Assembly: GCA_943355005.1 (NCBI GenBank)
Contig: CALRDV010000002.1
Coordinates: forward strand, 131,826 to 195,825
Source: Patescibacteria group bacterium
Lineage (GTDB): Bacteria > Patescibacteriota > Microgenomatia > UBA1400 > MFAQ01
DNA: 64,000 bases
Direction: 5' to 3'
The notes beneath the pieces were generated by a model. The model worked only from the letters and a program-made list of their open reading frames with translations, did no database searches and was not told the DNA's origin. How positions within the stretch are numbered: position 1 is the first letter of the stretch; each line of letters starts with the position of its first letter. Below are positions 10,128 through 18,343 of this stretch, one piece after another. The translations under genes and the position numbers were made by a program.

Positions 10128-10212
10128 GCGGAGGGGGCGGGATTCGAACCCGCGGTATCTTGCGATACGGAGGTTTAGTAAACCTCTGCACTCGACCACT
10201 ATGCGACCCCTC
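10128..10212 (-). tRNA. Type II (long variable arm) tRNA with atypical anticodon loop, reading ACU with a canonical 5-bp stem. Identity uncertain: Ser/Leu-like, or a pseudogene.
   Basis: The reverse complement is GGAGGGGTCGCATAGTGGTCGAGTGCAGAGGTTTACTAAACCTCCGTATCGCAAGATACCGCGGGTTCGAATCCCGCCCCCTCCG. Acceptor, D-arm, long variable arm and T-arm are good. The anticodon stem GAGGT/ACCTC encloses loop TTACTAA. Confidence 0.55.
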
Positions 10213-10217
10213 CACGG

Positions 10218-10299
10218 GCGGAGAGTACAGGGGTCGAACCTGTTAGGGCTTACGCCCATTAGTTTTCAAGACTAACGCATTACCGTCCTGCCCACTCTC
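10218..10299 (-). tRNA. tRNA-Ser (anticodon TGA), type II
   Basis: The reverse complement is GGAGAGTGGGCAGGACGGTAATGCGTTAGTCTTGAAAACTAATGGGCGTAAGCCCTAACAGGTTCGACCCCTGTACTCTCCG, with anticodon loop CTTGAAA. Confidence 0.8.
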
Positions 10300-10359
10300 C
10301 GTGTGTGCTTATTTTACCATTCCAAGTGCCTCTACTGGTAAAATAACTCTTGATCGTGA

Positions 10360-10441
10360 TGGAGGCGTCCGATAGTGGTTATTCGAGCGGGTTGCTAACC
10401 CGCGGCCCAAAAGGCCTCGTGGGTTCGAATCCCACCGCCTC
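10360..10441 (+). tRNA. tRNA-Ser (anticodon GCT), type II
   Basis: GGAGGCGTCCGATAGTGGTTATTCGAGCGGGTTGCTAACCCGCGGCCCAAAAGGCCTCGTGGGTTCGAATCCCACCGCCTCCG, with anticodon loop TTGCTAA. Confidence 0.8.
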
Positions 10442-10488
10442 CGCAAATTAAGTCTATTCGCCTTGCGCGAGTAGACTTAAATTTCGTT

Positions 10489-10592
10489 CGTGGGATTCGA
10501 ACAAGCCGGAACTAGTTTCGTAACGAACCTAGTGAGGCAGGTCTTGAGGCACCGAAGGTGACCGAAAGCGAATCCTTCTCCCACCGCCTCCG
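10489..10592 (+). repeat. tRNA-derived structured element, copy A (104 nt; possible small ncRNA)
   Basis: It starts with GTGGGATTCGAAC, the reverse complement of a T-arm. It ends with GCGAATCCTTCTCCCACCGCCTCCGC, whose last 14 nt are identical to the 3' end of tRNA-Ser(GCT), i.e. T-stem 3' strand + acceptor 3' strand + discriminator. It has an internal hairpin CTAG-T-TTCG-TAA-CGAA-C-CTAG and a duplicated heptamer TGAGGCA. It is followed by a strong bidirectional terminator. Confidence 0.6.
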
Positions 10593-10593
10593 C

Positions 10594-10637
10594 TAAAAAT
10601 AAATGTCCTCGCTTGTCGGGGACATTTATTTTTACCT
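10594..10637. terminator. Bidirectional rho-independent terminator
   Basis: A 14-bp perfect stem, AAAAATAAATGTCC / GGACATTTATTTTT, flanked by A-run and T-run. Confidence 0.7.
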
Positions 10638-10639
10638 TA

Positions 10640-10734
10640 AGTGGGATTCGAGTGACGGAGGCAAGCTCGTAACGATCTTGCCGAGTCCGGTACGAGCAAA
10701 ACTTCAGCAGAAGTTTATGCGAGAAAATCCCACC
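10640..10734 (+). repeat. tRNA-derived structured element, divergent copy C (~95 nt)
   Basis: It starts GTGGGATTCGAG and ends GCGAGAAAATCCCACCG followed by T7. It contains the conserved hairpin with compensatory substitutions (GGCAAG-C-TCG-TAA-CGA-T-CTTGCC) and a second 7-bp hairpin (AAACTTC AGCA GAAGTTT). Confidence 0.5.
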
Positions 10735-10750
10735 GATTTTTTTATTGCCA

Positions 10751-10854
10751 TGTGGGATTCGAACGAGTCGGAAGCAGTTTTGTAACAAACCTGCTGAGAC
10801 AGGTCCTGAGACACAGCAGGTGACCGAAGGCGAATCCTTCCCCCACCGCCTCCG
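10751..10854 (+). repeat. tRNA-derived structured element, copy B (104 nt)
   Basis: It is collinear with copy A at ~85% identity. The hairpin stems show compensatory changes (GCAG-T-TTTG-TAA-CAAA-C-CTGC). The duplicated heptamer is TGAGACA in both repeats, a concerted G-to-A change relative to copy A. The 3' end, CCCACCGCCTCCGC, is identical. Confidence 0.6.
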
Positions 10855-10915
10855 CAATAGAAAATTCTCGCGACACGTCCTTGCCTATTCTTTTTTTATT
10901 TGAGAAGATAAGTTA

Positions 10916-11704
10916 ATGAATTCTCGATCACAATTCTTCAAAAAGCTAGATATCTTCCTCCTAATTATTTTTCCAATATTTTCCGTCTTAATCTCACTTA
11001 CCTTAAAATCCAATTTTCTTACCTCCATTCTCTTGTTTTACGGACTTCCTTCGCTATGGTTATCACTAAGAACTCCAAACAGAGTAGCCAAAACTCTTAT
11101 TTTTACTTCCTTGCTTACACCCCCGTTTGGTCTTATTGTCGACTACATAGAAACAATTAATCACTCTTGGTTTATACCTCAGACCTCTTTCTCTTTTCGT
11201 GTTTTTGGAGTAATCCCAATCGAAGATCTAATTTGGGGTTTTTTTGTAGTTTACAGCACAATTATTTTTTACGAACATTTCCTAGATAAAGGGAAACATC
11301 AGCTCGTCGACAAGAGACTTAAGTTTCTTATATGGCCGTTATTTTCTGCATTGACAATATTTCTTGTCACATTAACTTCCAATCCAGACATCTTTATTTT
11401 CAAATACGCCTACCTGTGGCTCGGTTTACTTTTAGTATTTATTCCTTCCGTTACGTTTCTCTCTTTTTTTCCTCGCCTAATTTCAAAATATATCAAAACC
11501 GCCTCATATTTCTTTATTCTTTCCTTGTTGTTCGAGCTCACAGCACTTCAATTAAACCAGTGGACCTTCCCAGGAAACAACTTTATCGGCTGGGTACAAA
11601 TGTTTGGTTTTAAAATCCCCTTGGAAGAATTCTTCTTTTTCTTCATAATGACTTCTATCGGAATTCTCTCATATTACGAATTTTTCGACGACGACAGAAA
11701 ATAA
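10916..11704 (+). CDS. Polytopic membrane protein, hypothetical
   Basis: 262 aa with ~7 predicted TM segments. No catalytic motif recognised. Confidence 0.45.
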   Translation: MNSRSQFFKKLDIFLLIIFPIFSVLISLTLKSNFLTSILLFYGLPSLWLSLRTPNRVAKTLIFTSLLTPPFGLIVDYIETINHSWFIPQTSFSFRVFGVIPIEDLIWGFFVVYSTIIFYEHFLDKGKHQLVDKRLKFLIWPLFSALTIFLVTLTSNPDIFIFKYAYLWLGLLLVFIPSVTFLSFFPRLISKYIKTASYFFILSLLFELTALQLNQWTFPGNNFIGWVQMFGFKIPLEEFFFFFIMTSIGILSYYEFFDDDRK

Positions 11705-12502
11705 CTATCTCTTCTTAAATCCCAAAGACACTACAAAAATAGCCAAGGAAATTAGCACGATAGTTCCTCCTGTCGAAAGGTTCAAATAAAATGAGGTAAA
11801 AATTCCGGCCACCACCGAAAACAATGAAACCAGTTCCCCTATCAAGATTGTCACCCCAAAACTCTGTCGAAACTGCAAAGCCGTCACCACCGGAATTACC
11901 ATCAGAGCTGATATCAAGAGAACTCCTACGATTGGTATTGAAAGAGAAACCGTCAAAGCTGCCAATACTATTAGCCAAGTATTAATGGTTCTAGTGGGTA
12001 TTCCGCTTACTTGAGCCGACTCCTCATCGAAAGTTATGTAGACCAATTCCTTGTAAAACAAGAACAAAACTGTTGCCACCAATGCTCCTAGTATGCCAAT
12101 AATATAAAGATCGCTTTGGTTCACAGTTACAATCGAACCAAAGAGATAGTTGAGCAGGCCAACATTAAAGCCATGTGCCAAACTGATCAGCACAATAGCT
12201 AAAGCCAAGCTTCCGGACAAGAAGATAGCCAAAGCCGACTCTCCATAAACCTTCTTAGAAATTCTCAATCTCTCAATTACCACCGAAGAAAGGACCGTGG
12301 AAATCATTGCTGTCATAATCGGATTTACATTCAGCAGGAATCCAATAGCAATGCCAGCTAGAGATACATGTGCTAAGGTGTCAGCGATCAATGAATATCT
12401 TCGAAGCACCAAAAAGATTCCAATTAGTGGCGCAATCAAACCTATGATTACTCCAGCCACCAACCCTCTCAGGGCAAATCCGTATTGAAATATTTCAAGC
12501 AT
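11705..12502 (-). CDS. znuB: Metal (Zn/Mn) ABC transporter permease, ABC-3 family
   Basis: 265 aa, 8 TM. The ABC-3 signature region is LAHVSLAGIAIGFLL. The gene sits in an operon with an ATPase and an SBP. Confidence 0.8.
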   Translation of the reverse strand: MLEIFQYGFALRGLVAGVIIGLIAPLIGIFLVLRRYSLIADTLAHVSLAGIAIGFLLNVNPIMTAMISTVLSSVVIERLRISKKVYGESALAIFLSGSLALAIVLISLAHGFNVGLLNYLFGSIVTVNQSDLYIIGILGALVATVLFLFYKELVYITFDEESAQVSGIPTRTINTWLIVLAALTVSLSIPIVGVLLISALMVIPVVTALQFRQSFGVTILIGELVSLFSVVAGIFTSFYLNLSTGGTIVLISLAIFVVSLGFKKR

Positions 12503-13256
12503 GGTTGTGATGATGAATAAATTTTTTGTCCCCGTAAAGCTTTTCCATCTCGGATTTTACAAACTTCTTTGGGTTTTCGTCATAAGTTAAAGCTCTATTA
12601 ACGAAAGCTATCTCTGTAACTTCATTAACTACCGCTTCAATATCGTGCGAAATAAACACAAGTGTCAATTCCAGCTCATGATTTAGTTTTTTTAGTAAGT
12701 GATAGAACTGATCTTGAGCTTGTACATCCACTCCTGCCATCGGTTCATCCAGGAATATCACATCAGGCTGTCCCGCGAGAGCTCTAGCAATGAACACTCT
12801 TTGCTGTTGCCCTCCTGACAGATCTCCAATAATCCTATCTTTAAAATCGTACATTTCTACCTGTCTTAGAGAATCGCTAATAATTTTCTTGTCTTCTTTT
12901 CTCAGGTTCTTAAACAATCCAATTTTTCCAAACCTTCCCATAGCCACCACTTCATACACTGTTGCAGGAAAGTTAACGTCAAAATTAATCACCTTTTGTG
13001 GTACATACCCTACTCTAGTCCAATCCTTGAAGGTATGAATATCTTCACCAAACATCTTGACTACTCCCTTAGATGGTTTTAGTAACCCCAAAATAATTTT
13101 TATCAGCGTTGTTTTTCCTCCCCCGTTAGGACCAATCACCCCCAAATAATCACCTTTATGAATATTCAAACTAACTTTCTCCAATACAAGATCCTCATTG
13201 TAAGCAAAGCTCACTTCTTCAATTTCGATAATGTTTTGTGTGTGATCTACCGGCAT
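12495..13256 (-). CDS. znuC: Metal ABC transporter ATP-binding protein
   Basis: Walker A GVIGPNGGGKTTL, signature LSGGQQQRVFIARAL, Walker B VIFLDEP. Confidence 0.85.
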   Translation of the reverse strand: MPVDHTQNIIEIEEVSFAYNEDLVLEKVSLNIHKGDYLGVIGPNGGGKTTLIKIILGLLKPSKGVVKMFGEDIHTFKDWTRVGYVPQKVINFDVNFPATVYEVVAMGRFGKIGLFKNLRKEDKKIISDSLRQVEMYDFKDRIIGDLSGGQQQRVFIARALAGQPDVIFLDEPMAGVDVQAQDQFYHLLKKLNHELELTLVFISHDIEAVVNEVTEIAFVNRALTYDENPKKFVKSEMEKLYGDKKFIHHHNHA

Positions 13257-14170
13257 TCTAGTGCAATTTTTAAGTTTGCTAAATTTTCCTCCATTAAAGT
13301 TAAATAATTTTTCCCTTGCTTTGCATCATTATCACTTATTCCTTCAATCGGGTCTAATACTAAGGTTTTTGCCCCAATCTCTTCAGCTACTGTCTGAGCC
13401 AGCTTTGGACTTACCAATTTTTCAAAAAATATGTACTTCAGATTTTCTTTCTTCGCTAGATTAGAAATCTCTACAAGCTGTTTAGTAGATGGCTCCTCAT
13501 CCGGACTTATCCCGGATATCGAAATTTGTGTTAATCCGTACTCTCGTGTCAAATATCCAAACGCATCATGTGAAGTCACCACTTTGTGTTCCTTGCATTG
13601 CGACAATCCCACTTTAAAGTCCGCGGACAATTTATCCAACTTAGCCAAAATCACTGTTTGATTTTCCAGATAATATCTCGAATTTGATTCATCCATCCTA
13701 ATCAGCTCCATTGTTATCATTTCTACTTCTTTTTTAGCCAACTCTGGCGAAAGCCATACATGGGGATCATTATTCTCCATTAGTCCGGTAGCTAACTCAA
13801 CGACCTTAGCCCCGTCTTTTGCTATTTTTGTCGCCCAAGATTCAAAGCCACCACCATTTATAAAGACTAATTTGCTTTTTTGAATCTGCACCAAATCTCT
13901 GGCAGTCGGTTCGTAATCGTGTGGCTCAACTCCGGAAGGGGTAATGTTTATGACATTAACCTTATCTCCCCCAATTTCCTTGACAAAGAAATAAACCGGA
14001 TAAAACGAAGTCACCACTAACGGTTTTATTTCACTGTCATTGCGAGGCACTGAGTGCTGTGGCCCGCTGGTACCCGAAGGGGTGAATCCAGGATAAATAT
14101 CAATTAATCCCAAAACAGCTATCACAAAAATAAAAACCAATATTACCGTTAGAATCGTATTTCTCTTCAC
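13247..14170 (-). CDS. znuA: Metal ABC transporter substrate-binding protein (TroA/ZnuA, cluster 9 SBP). It carries an in-frame palindromic-repeat insertion after the signal anchor.
   Basis: An N-terminal signal anchor, a His/Asp-rich metal site (HDYEP, HVWLSPE) and the two-lobed SBP pattern. Residues TPSGTSGPQHSVPRNDSE are encoded by a copy of the dispersed repeat family, cattgcgag...ggcccgctggtacccgaaggggtgaatcc. Confidence 0.8.
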   Translation of the reverse strand: MKRNTILTVILVFIFVIAVLGLIDIYPGFTPSGTSGPQHSVPRNDSEIKPLVVTSFYPVYFFVKEIGGDKVNVINITPSGVEPHDYEPTARDLVQIQKSKLVFINGGGFESWATKIAKDGAKVVELATGLMENNDPHVWLSPELAKKEVEMITMELIRMDESNSRYYLENQTVILAKLDKLSADFKVGLSQCKEHKVVTSHDAFGYLTREYGLTQISISGISPDEEPSTKQLVEISNLAKKENLKYIFFEKLVSPKLAQTVAEEIGAKTLVLDPIEGISDNDAKQGKNYLTLMEENLANLKIALECR

Positions 14171-14188
14171 TGCTATTATTGTAATAGA

Positions 14189-14863
14189 TTAATGGGCCAA
14201 TGCCAGCCCCCACACAATTTCTACTCCGGCTTTCTTAAGGACTTTCGTGCATTCCCTCATGTCGGCACCACTGGTAAAAACATCATCCACTAGCAATACT
14301 TTTTTAGCTTTCAGTCTTCCGGACCATTCTTTGCCGACAGAAAACACCCCTTTTATGTTTTCCTCTCTTTCTTCCCTTGTCTTCATTAACACTTGTTGTT
14401 TTGTATTTTTGTTTCTCCTTAACACCCTCTCTATTTTGACACCTGGCATCTGAGATCCAATAACTTGCCCCAGCAATTCCGCTTGATTAAACCCCCGCCA
14501 ATTTTCCCGATAATAATACAATGGCACCGGAACCAGCAAATCAAAAACAATTCCTGTTTCAAACCTGAAATCTCTAAGAACTATACCCGCCAAATCCTTA
14601 TTAAACCCATATTTGATCCCATCCACCACTGCTCTCATGATCGGTTCCTTATATTCAAAAATGGCTATCAACCCATTCATTCCACTTGGTGAATCACACC
14701 TCGGATGAGTCCACCCCATAGGAGAACCTTCACCACACTCAGGACATATCTGGTCTATCGTGTCCAGTCTTTCCATACAATCCTTACACAAAAAGCTTCC
14801 TATTTCTTTGCACCCGACACATATCTTTGGGTATACAAAATCTATAATTGCCTCCAAAATCAT
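14189..14863 (-). CDS. comFC: ComF family protein (competence protein ComFC, PRTase-like)
   Basis: N-terminal Cys-rich zinc ribbon (CVGCKEIGSFLCKDC ... CPECG) and a C-terminal phosphoribosyltransferase motif, VLLVDDVFTSGADM. Confidence 0.8.
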   Translation of the reverse strand: MILEAIIDFVYPKICVGCKEIGSFLCKDCMERLDTIDQICPECGEGSPMGWTHPRCDSPSGMNGLIAIFEYKEPIMRAVVDGIKYGFNKDLAGIVLRDFRFETGIVFDLLVPVPLYYYRENWRGFNQAELLGQVIGSQMPGVKIERVLRRNKNTKQQVLMKTREEREENIKGVFSVGKEWSGRLKAKKVLLVDDVFTSGADMRECTKVLKKAGVEIVWGLALAH

Positions 14864-14889
14864 ATCTAATCTTAATGTAAAATAGCCTT

Positions 14890-15327
14890 GTGAGTGTCCA
14901 AAACAAAAAAGCCTATTTTGATTACGAAGTTATCGAACCTTACGAGGCGGGAATTGAGCTGACCGGAGCCGAAGTTAAGAGCGTTAGAGGTGGTGGTGCC
15001 AACTTTGCCGGCGCCAGAGTCCTCATCCGTGAAGACGGTGCCTACTTATCAGGCCTAAATATTCAGAAATACAAATTCGCCACCGATCCTGACTATAATC
15101 CCTCCCGTATCCGCAGGCTCCTCCTACACAGGAAAGAAATCGTGGCTATGAACACCAAAATGAGGTCGGCAGGTTTGACTTTAGTGCCTCTGAAGCTGTA
15201 TAATAAGGGCAGTCTCGTGAAGGTGCAAATCGCTCTAGTCCGAGGCAAGAAGAAGTTCGAAAAGAGAGAGTTGATTAAAAAAAGGGTCTCAAACCTGAGC
15301 ATAGCGAGACGTTTAAAAAACCAATAG
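14890..15327 (+). CDS. smpB: SsrA-binding protein SmpB
   Basis: Canonical SmpB sequence throughout (KKAYFDYEVIEPYEAGIELTGAEVKS ... RIRRLLLHRKEI ... LTLVPLKLYNKGSLVKVQIALVRGKK). Confidence 0.93.
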   Translation: MSVQNKKAYFDYEVIEPYEAGIELTGAEVKSVRGGGANFAGARVLIREDGAYLSGLNIQKYKFATDPDYNPSRIRRLLLHRKEIVAMNTKMRSAGLTLVPLKLYNKGSLVKVQIALVRGKKKFEKRELIKKRVSNLSIARRLKNQ

Positions 15328-15585
15328 ATGAAAGGACAAAAAATGGATCTGTTCTGGACTAAAATTATGCCCGAATGTGTTTCTAAGTACCCTTGGGCAG
15401 GTGAATTCACGGCTAAAATGAGCTTAAAGAAATTTCAAGAAGGTGTTAAAGCCAAAATTAAAGCTATGGACGAAAACGAATTTGACCTCTTCTTGGCCGC
15501 CGTTGTCATGCAAGCCAGTCGCGATCAAATGATGGGTGTTAACCTTACTGAAAAAATCGGTTTTCTCCGAGGTCTCCGCGCCTAA
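15328..15585 (+). CDS. Hypothetical small protein
   Basis: 85-aa ORF that starts 1 nt after the smpB stop. Confidence 0.35.
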   Translation: MKGQKMDLFWTKIMPECVSKYPWAGEFTAKMSLKKFQEGVKAKIKAMDENEFDLFLAAVVMQASRDQMMGVNLTEKIGFLRGLRA

Positions 15586-15694
15586 CACTCACCACCCAAC
15601 CACTGTCATTCCCGACCTGAGTGGGCCGCTGGTACCCGAAGGGGTAAATCCATAAAAGTTGACCTCTACGCTCATTCATGATATTATAAGACAT

Positions 15695-16109
15695 GGGGAC
15701 GACAGGATTCGATGGGATAGTACGTTTACAGTTGCAAGCCTCCTTTGGTAATAGGAGTCAAAAAGACCAAAAAATACTTGTCAATAAAGAAGACAAAATA
15801 CTTGGTTTCATCTCTAGTGGAGTTAAATCCCTTTTTGGTGAAGTCAAATCTTCCGCTCCCGTTTACGCTTTTGCCTAAATAGTAGCTTTGAAGACGTCTT
15901 GAGAGCCAGCGGATCCCGGGCTTCTCACAAGGCGAAAAAATACCGGATTGAATGCTTCAGGTTTGATTTAGGCCTGAGGACTAACTTTTCTAAATCGACC
16001 ATAAGGTGTTCTTGTTTGCCTGAAGCTTTATGGAAAATCGGCAAACTACGCTTGTAGACTCTGTAGGCTTAATATTTCAGACGAGAGTTCAATTCTCTCC
16101 GTCTCCACA
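15695..16109 (+). ncRNA. ssrA: tmRNA (SsrA), ~413 nt
   Basis: The 5' end GGGGACGACAGGATTCGATGGGA pairs with the 3' end CGTCTCC-A-CA to form a tRNA-like acceptor stem. The 3' T-arm is GAGAGTTCAATTCTCTC. The internal tag reading frame ends ...SSAPVYAFA followed by TAA TAG. It lies immediately downstream of smpB and is followed by a terminator hairpin. Confidence 0.8.
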
Positions 16110-16113
16110 TAAA

Positions 16114-16146
16114 ACAAAGACCCTTCCTTGTGAGGGGTCTTTGTTT
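16114..16146. terminator. Bidirectional terminator hairpin
   Basis: CAAAGACCC-TTCCTTGTGA-GGGGTCTTTG followed by TTT. It sits between the ssrA 3' end and the stop of the convergent 649-aa gene. Confidence 0.6.
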
Positions 16147-18094
16147 ATCTCACCACCCCTACTGTTCCTGCATACAATACCAACAATTGACCTTGTTCAT
16201 CAAATTCAATATCTCCGGCACCAATGAACCTACCTGATTTTAGGACCTGATTGCACACACCCGTATCCTTGAGACAAACAATTACATTTCCCGAGGTACT
16301 ATCAAGAAGAGCTAATTTTGTTCCATTCTGATCTACAGCAATTCTTTTTACTTTTAGATTCACCGGTAATCCACTTAGAGAGAACTGTTCTTTAGCTCCC
16401 CTTCTGAATCTATCCACTTGTCCATTAGAGGCTACTATCCAGATATCCGTATCCATAGCCATATCAACGGGCTCAAACGAAATAACCTGGTCTTGCTTCA
16501 ACCATCTTGTTCTGTCACCAAAACCATCCGCCACCCCGGCGTATTTATATATTTCTTTATTTCCCTGATCCAATACATACAAATTACTTCCAAACTTTCC
16601 TATAGCCACCGGCTTTGCCACTGCAGCATCAAATTTAATTAAGTCCGCTCCCGTCAAAGCATCTCTTACCCCTCCCGAACTTAACATCATAGGTTTACTG
16701 GCCTCTCCTGCTACATCTACCCATCCCAACCCCTCACCTTTTCCGGCCACGACTTTGATATCCTTTGTTTTGGAGTCTGCTGTTACCACCACCCCCATTA
16801 AAGAATCGAGTGACTGAAACTGCGACCCCTTAATAAGCCCCAACCTCTCTCCTTTAAAACCTTGTCTTACCAAATCAATTCTCAAAATCTCATCAACTTC
16901 ACTTTCTTTCTCTCCTGAAGCTGATGTCCAACCATCGTTAATCTTTTTTTCCAAATCCAACAAGTCTTTCTTATATTTACCGGATTCAAACTGGCTTCTA
17001 CCGGAACTAAATTCTGCCTTTACGTCTTCTATCAATTTCTTTGCCCCGGAAGGATTAATACTTATTAAATTTCCGGCCTCCTGAAGACTTTTTTCAATAG
17101 GATCGGAAAAACTTTGCCATTTTTTAAGTTCGGCAGTCTGCTTTATTTTTATGGACCCGGTTATCAAACTTACCAACAATAACACCAAGAATATGAGACC
17201 CAAAAGCATCGACCATTTTTTTCTTTTTACATTCTCTTTTCTGTCCACCAAACCCTTTTGTTTTACTTGACGGAAACCTATCCATTTATTTATCAATTTT
17301 TCCTTAAAACCCAAAGGTCCAACCAATCTGTCTTGAGCTAAATCAAAAGAAGGTCTATTCTCAGTCATTTCAGAATCTTCTTTTACATTGCCCGAAAAAT
17401 CCTCTTCAATATCTTTTATTTCAGATCCCAATTCAGCCACCGGTACCGTAACTTTAAAATTACTATTTTCTACAACTTCAAAATCTTTGTCTTCCATCCC
17501 CACCTCCATCAATTTACCAAAGTTAAAAATAAGCCCGGCAGCTGCATTACCCATATCCACAAGTTCTTTACTCCACTGAGAAATATCCACTTCCGTAGAT
17601 TTAGGTAGTTTATCAGACATCTGTTCGGGGAATATTCCAGAACAAATAACCAGTTTATCTCCCTCCTCCACCACCCCTTTTACCACCTTACCCGGAATTA
17701 AATTTTTTGAAAAATCAAACTCTTTTTCTTGTCTTACCAATGTCACCACTCCCTCACCCCATCTTGTAATTCTTATCTCACGTTTACCATCTCGAACATT
17801 TATCCACACCCACACTCCGGTCATGTCAGGGTATTTTTTCTGCCAACTGTTTCCAAAATCACTCAAATCACCCAAAGAGTCCAATTTATTGAAGTACTCC
17901 TCTACCCATCCCATCAATTCTGCATCGATTTCAGCCCAATCATCTCTCTTTTCTCCAAGTACAACTCCAAAAAGAGCTCCTTTGTTCTGCAATTCTTGAT
18001 CATCATACGGAATTCGTGCATAAATCTGTGCCCATCCATTTGAGCCTTCCTCGTTTACAATTCTCCAAAAAGATAGTCCTAAACCGGTATTCAT
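16145..18094 (-). CDS. Large hypothetical protein with a central TM helix
   Basis: 649 aa. The N-terminal ~270 aa is a soluble domain, there is a central hydrophobic helix (WSMLLGLIFLVLLLVSLITG), and the C-terminal ~330 aa is rich in G/V/D repeats and may be a beta-rich domain. Confidence 0.45.
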   Translation of the reverse strand: MNTGLGLSFWRIVNEEGSNGWAQIYARIPYDDQELQNKGALFGVVLGEKRDDWAEIDAELMGWVEEYFNKLDSLGDLSDFGNSWQKKYPDMTGVWVWINVRDGKREIRITRWGEGVVTLVRQEKEFDFSKNLIPGKVVKGVVEEGDKLVICSGIFPEQMSDKLPKSTEVDISQWSKELVDMGNAAAGLIFNFGKLMEVGMEDKDFEVVENSNFKVTVPVAELGSEIKDIEEDFSGNVKEDSEMTENRPSFDLAQDRLVGPLGFKEKLINKWIGFRQVKQKGLVDRKENVKRKKWSMLLGLIFLVLLLVSLITGSIKIKQTAELKKWQSFSDPIEKSLQEAGNLISINPSGAKKLIEDVKAEFSSGRSQFESGKYKKDLLDLEKKINDGWTSASGEKESEVDEILRIDLVRQGFKGERLGLIKGSQFQSLDSLMGVVVTADSKTKDIKVVAGKGEGLGWVDVAGEASKPMMLSSGGVRDALTGADLIKFDAAVAKPVAIGKFGSNLYVLDQGNKEIYKYAGVADGFGDRTRWLKQDQVISFEPVDMAMDTDIWIVASNGQVDRFRRGAKEQFSLSGLPVNLKVKRIAVDQNGTKLALLDSTSGNVIVCLKDTGVCNQVLKSGRFIGAGDIEFDEQGQLLVLYAGTVGVVR

Positions 18095-18115
18095 TGTTGG
18101 GCAGGTGTTCCTTTC

Positions 18116-18337
18116 CTAAGCTAATAGTACTATAACAGTCACAAAAAGAGACAGAAGAAAGTACCCCCAAGTTAGAACTTTCAAGCTTCCACCGATGGGA
18201 AAGTTAACTACATTGTTCATTAAGTTTTCTTGGCGCACCATTACAAAAGACAAAATCAGAACCAGAACCATCGATATCTTTACCATAACTCCGACTATCA
18301 AACTTAAATTTATGACTAGTCCGGGTATTATTTCCAT
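18116..18337 (-). CDS. Small membrane protein, hypothetical
   Basis: 73 aa with two hydrophobic helices. Confidence 0.3.
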   Translation of the reverse strand: MEIIPGLVINLSLIVGVMVKISMVLVLILSFVMVRQENLMNNVVNFPIGGSLKVLTWGYFLLSLFVTVIVLLA

Positions 18338-18343
18338 ATATTG

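Noticed and set aside
10489-10854. Considered whether elements A/B/C are genuine tRNA genes, possibly intron-containing or on the minus strand, because they carry perfect T-arm-like and acceptor-3'-strand-like sequences.
   Set aside because: No D-arm, anticodon arm or 5' acceptor strand can be folded on either strand. The T-arm-like sequences are at opposite ends in inverted orientation. The conserved internal hairpin has a 3-nt loop unlike any tRNA arm. They were reported as tRNA-derived structured repeats instead.
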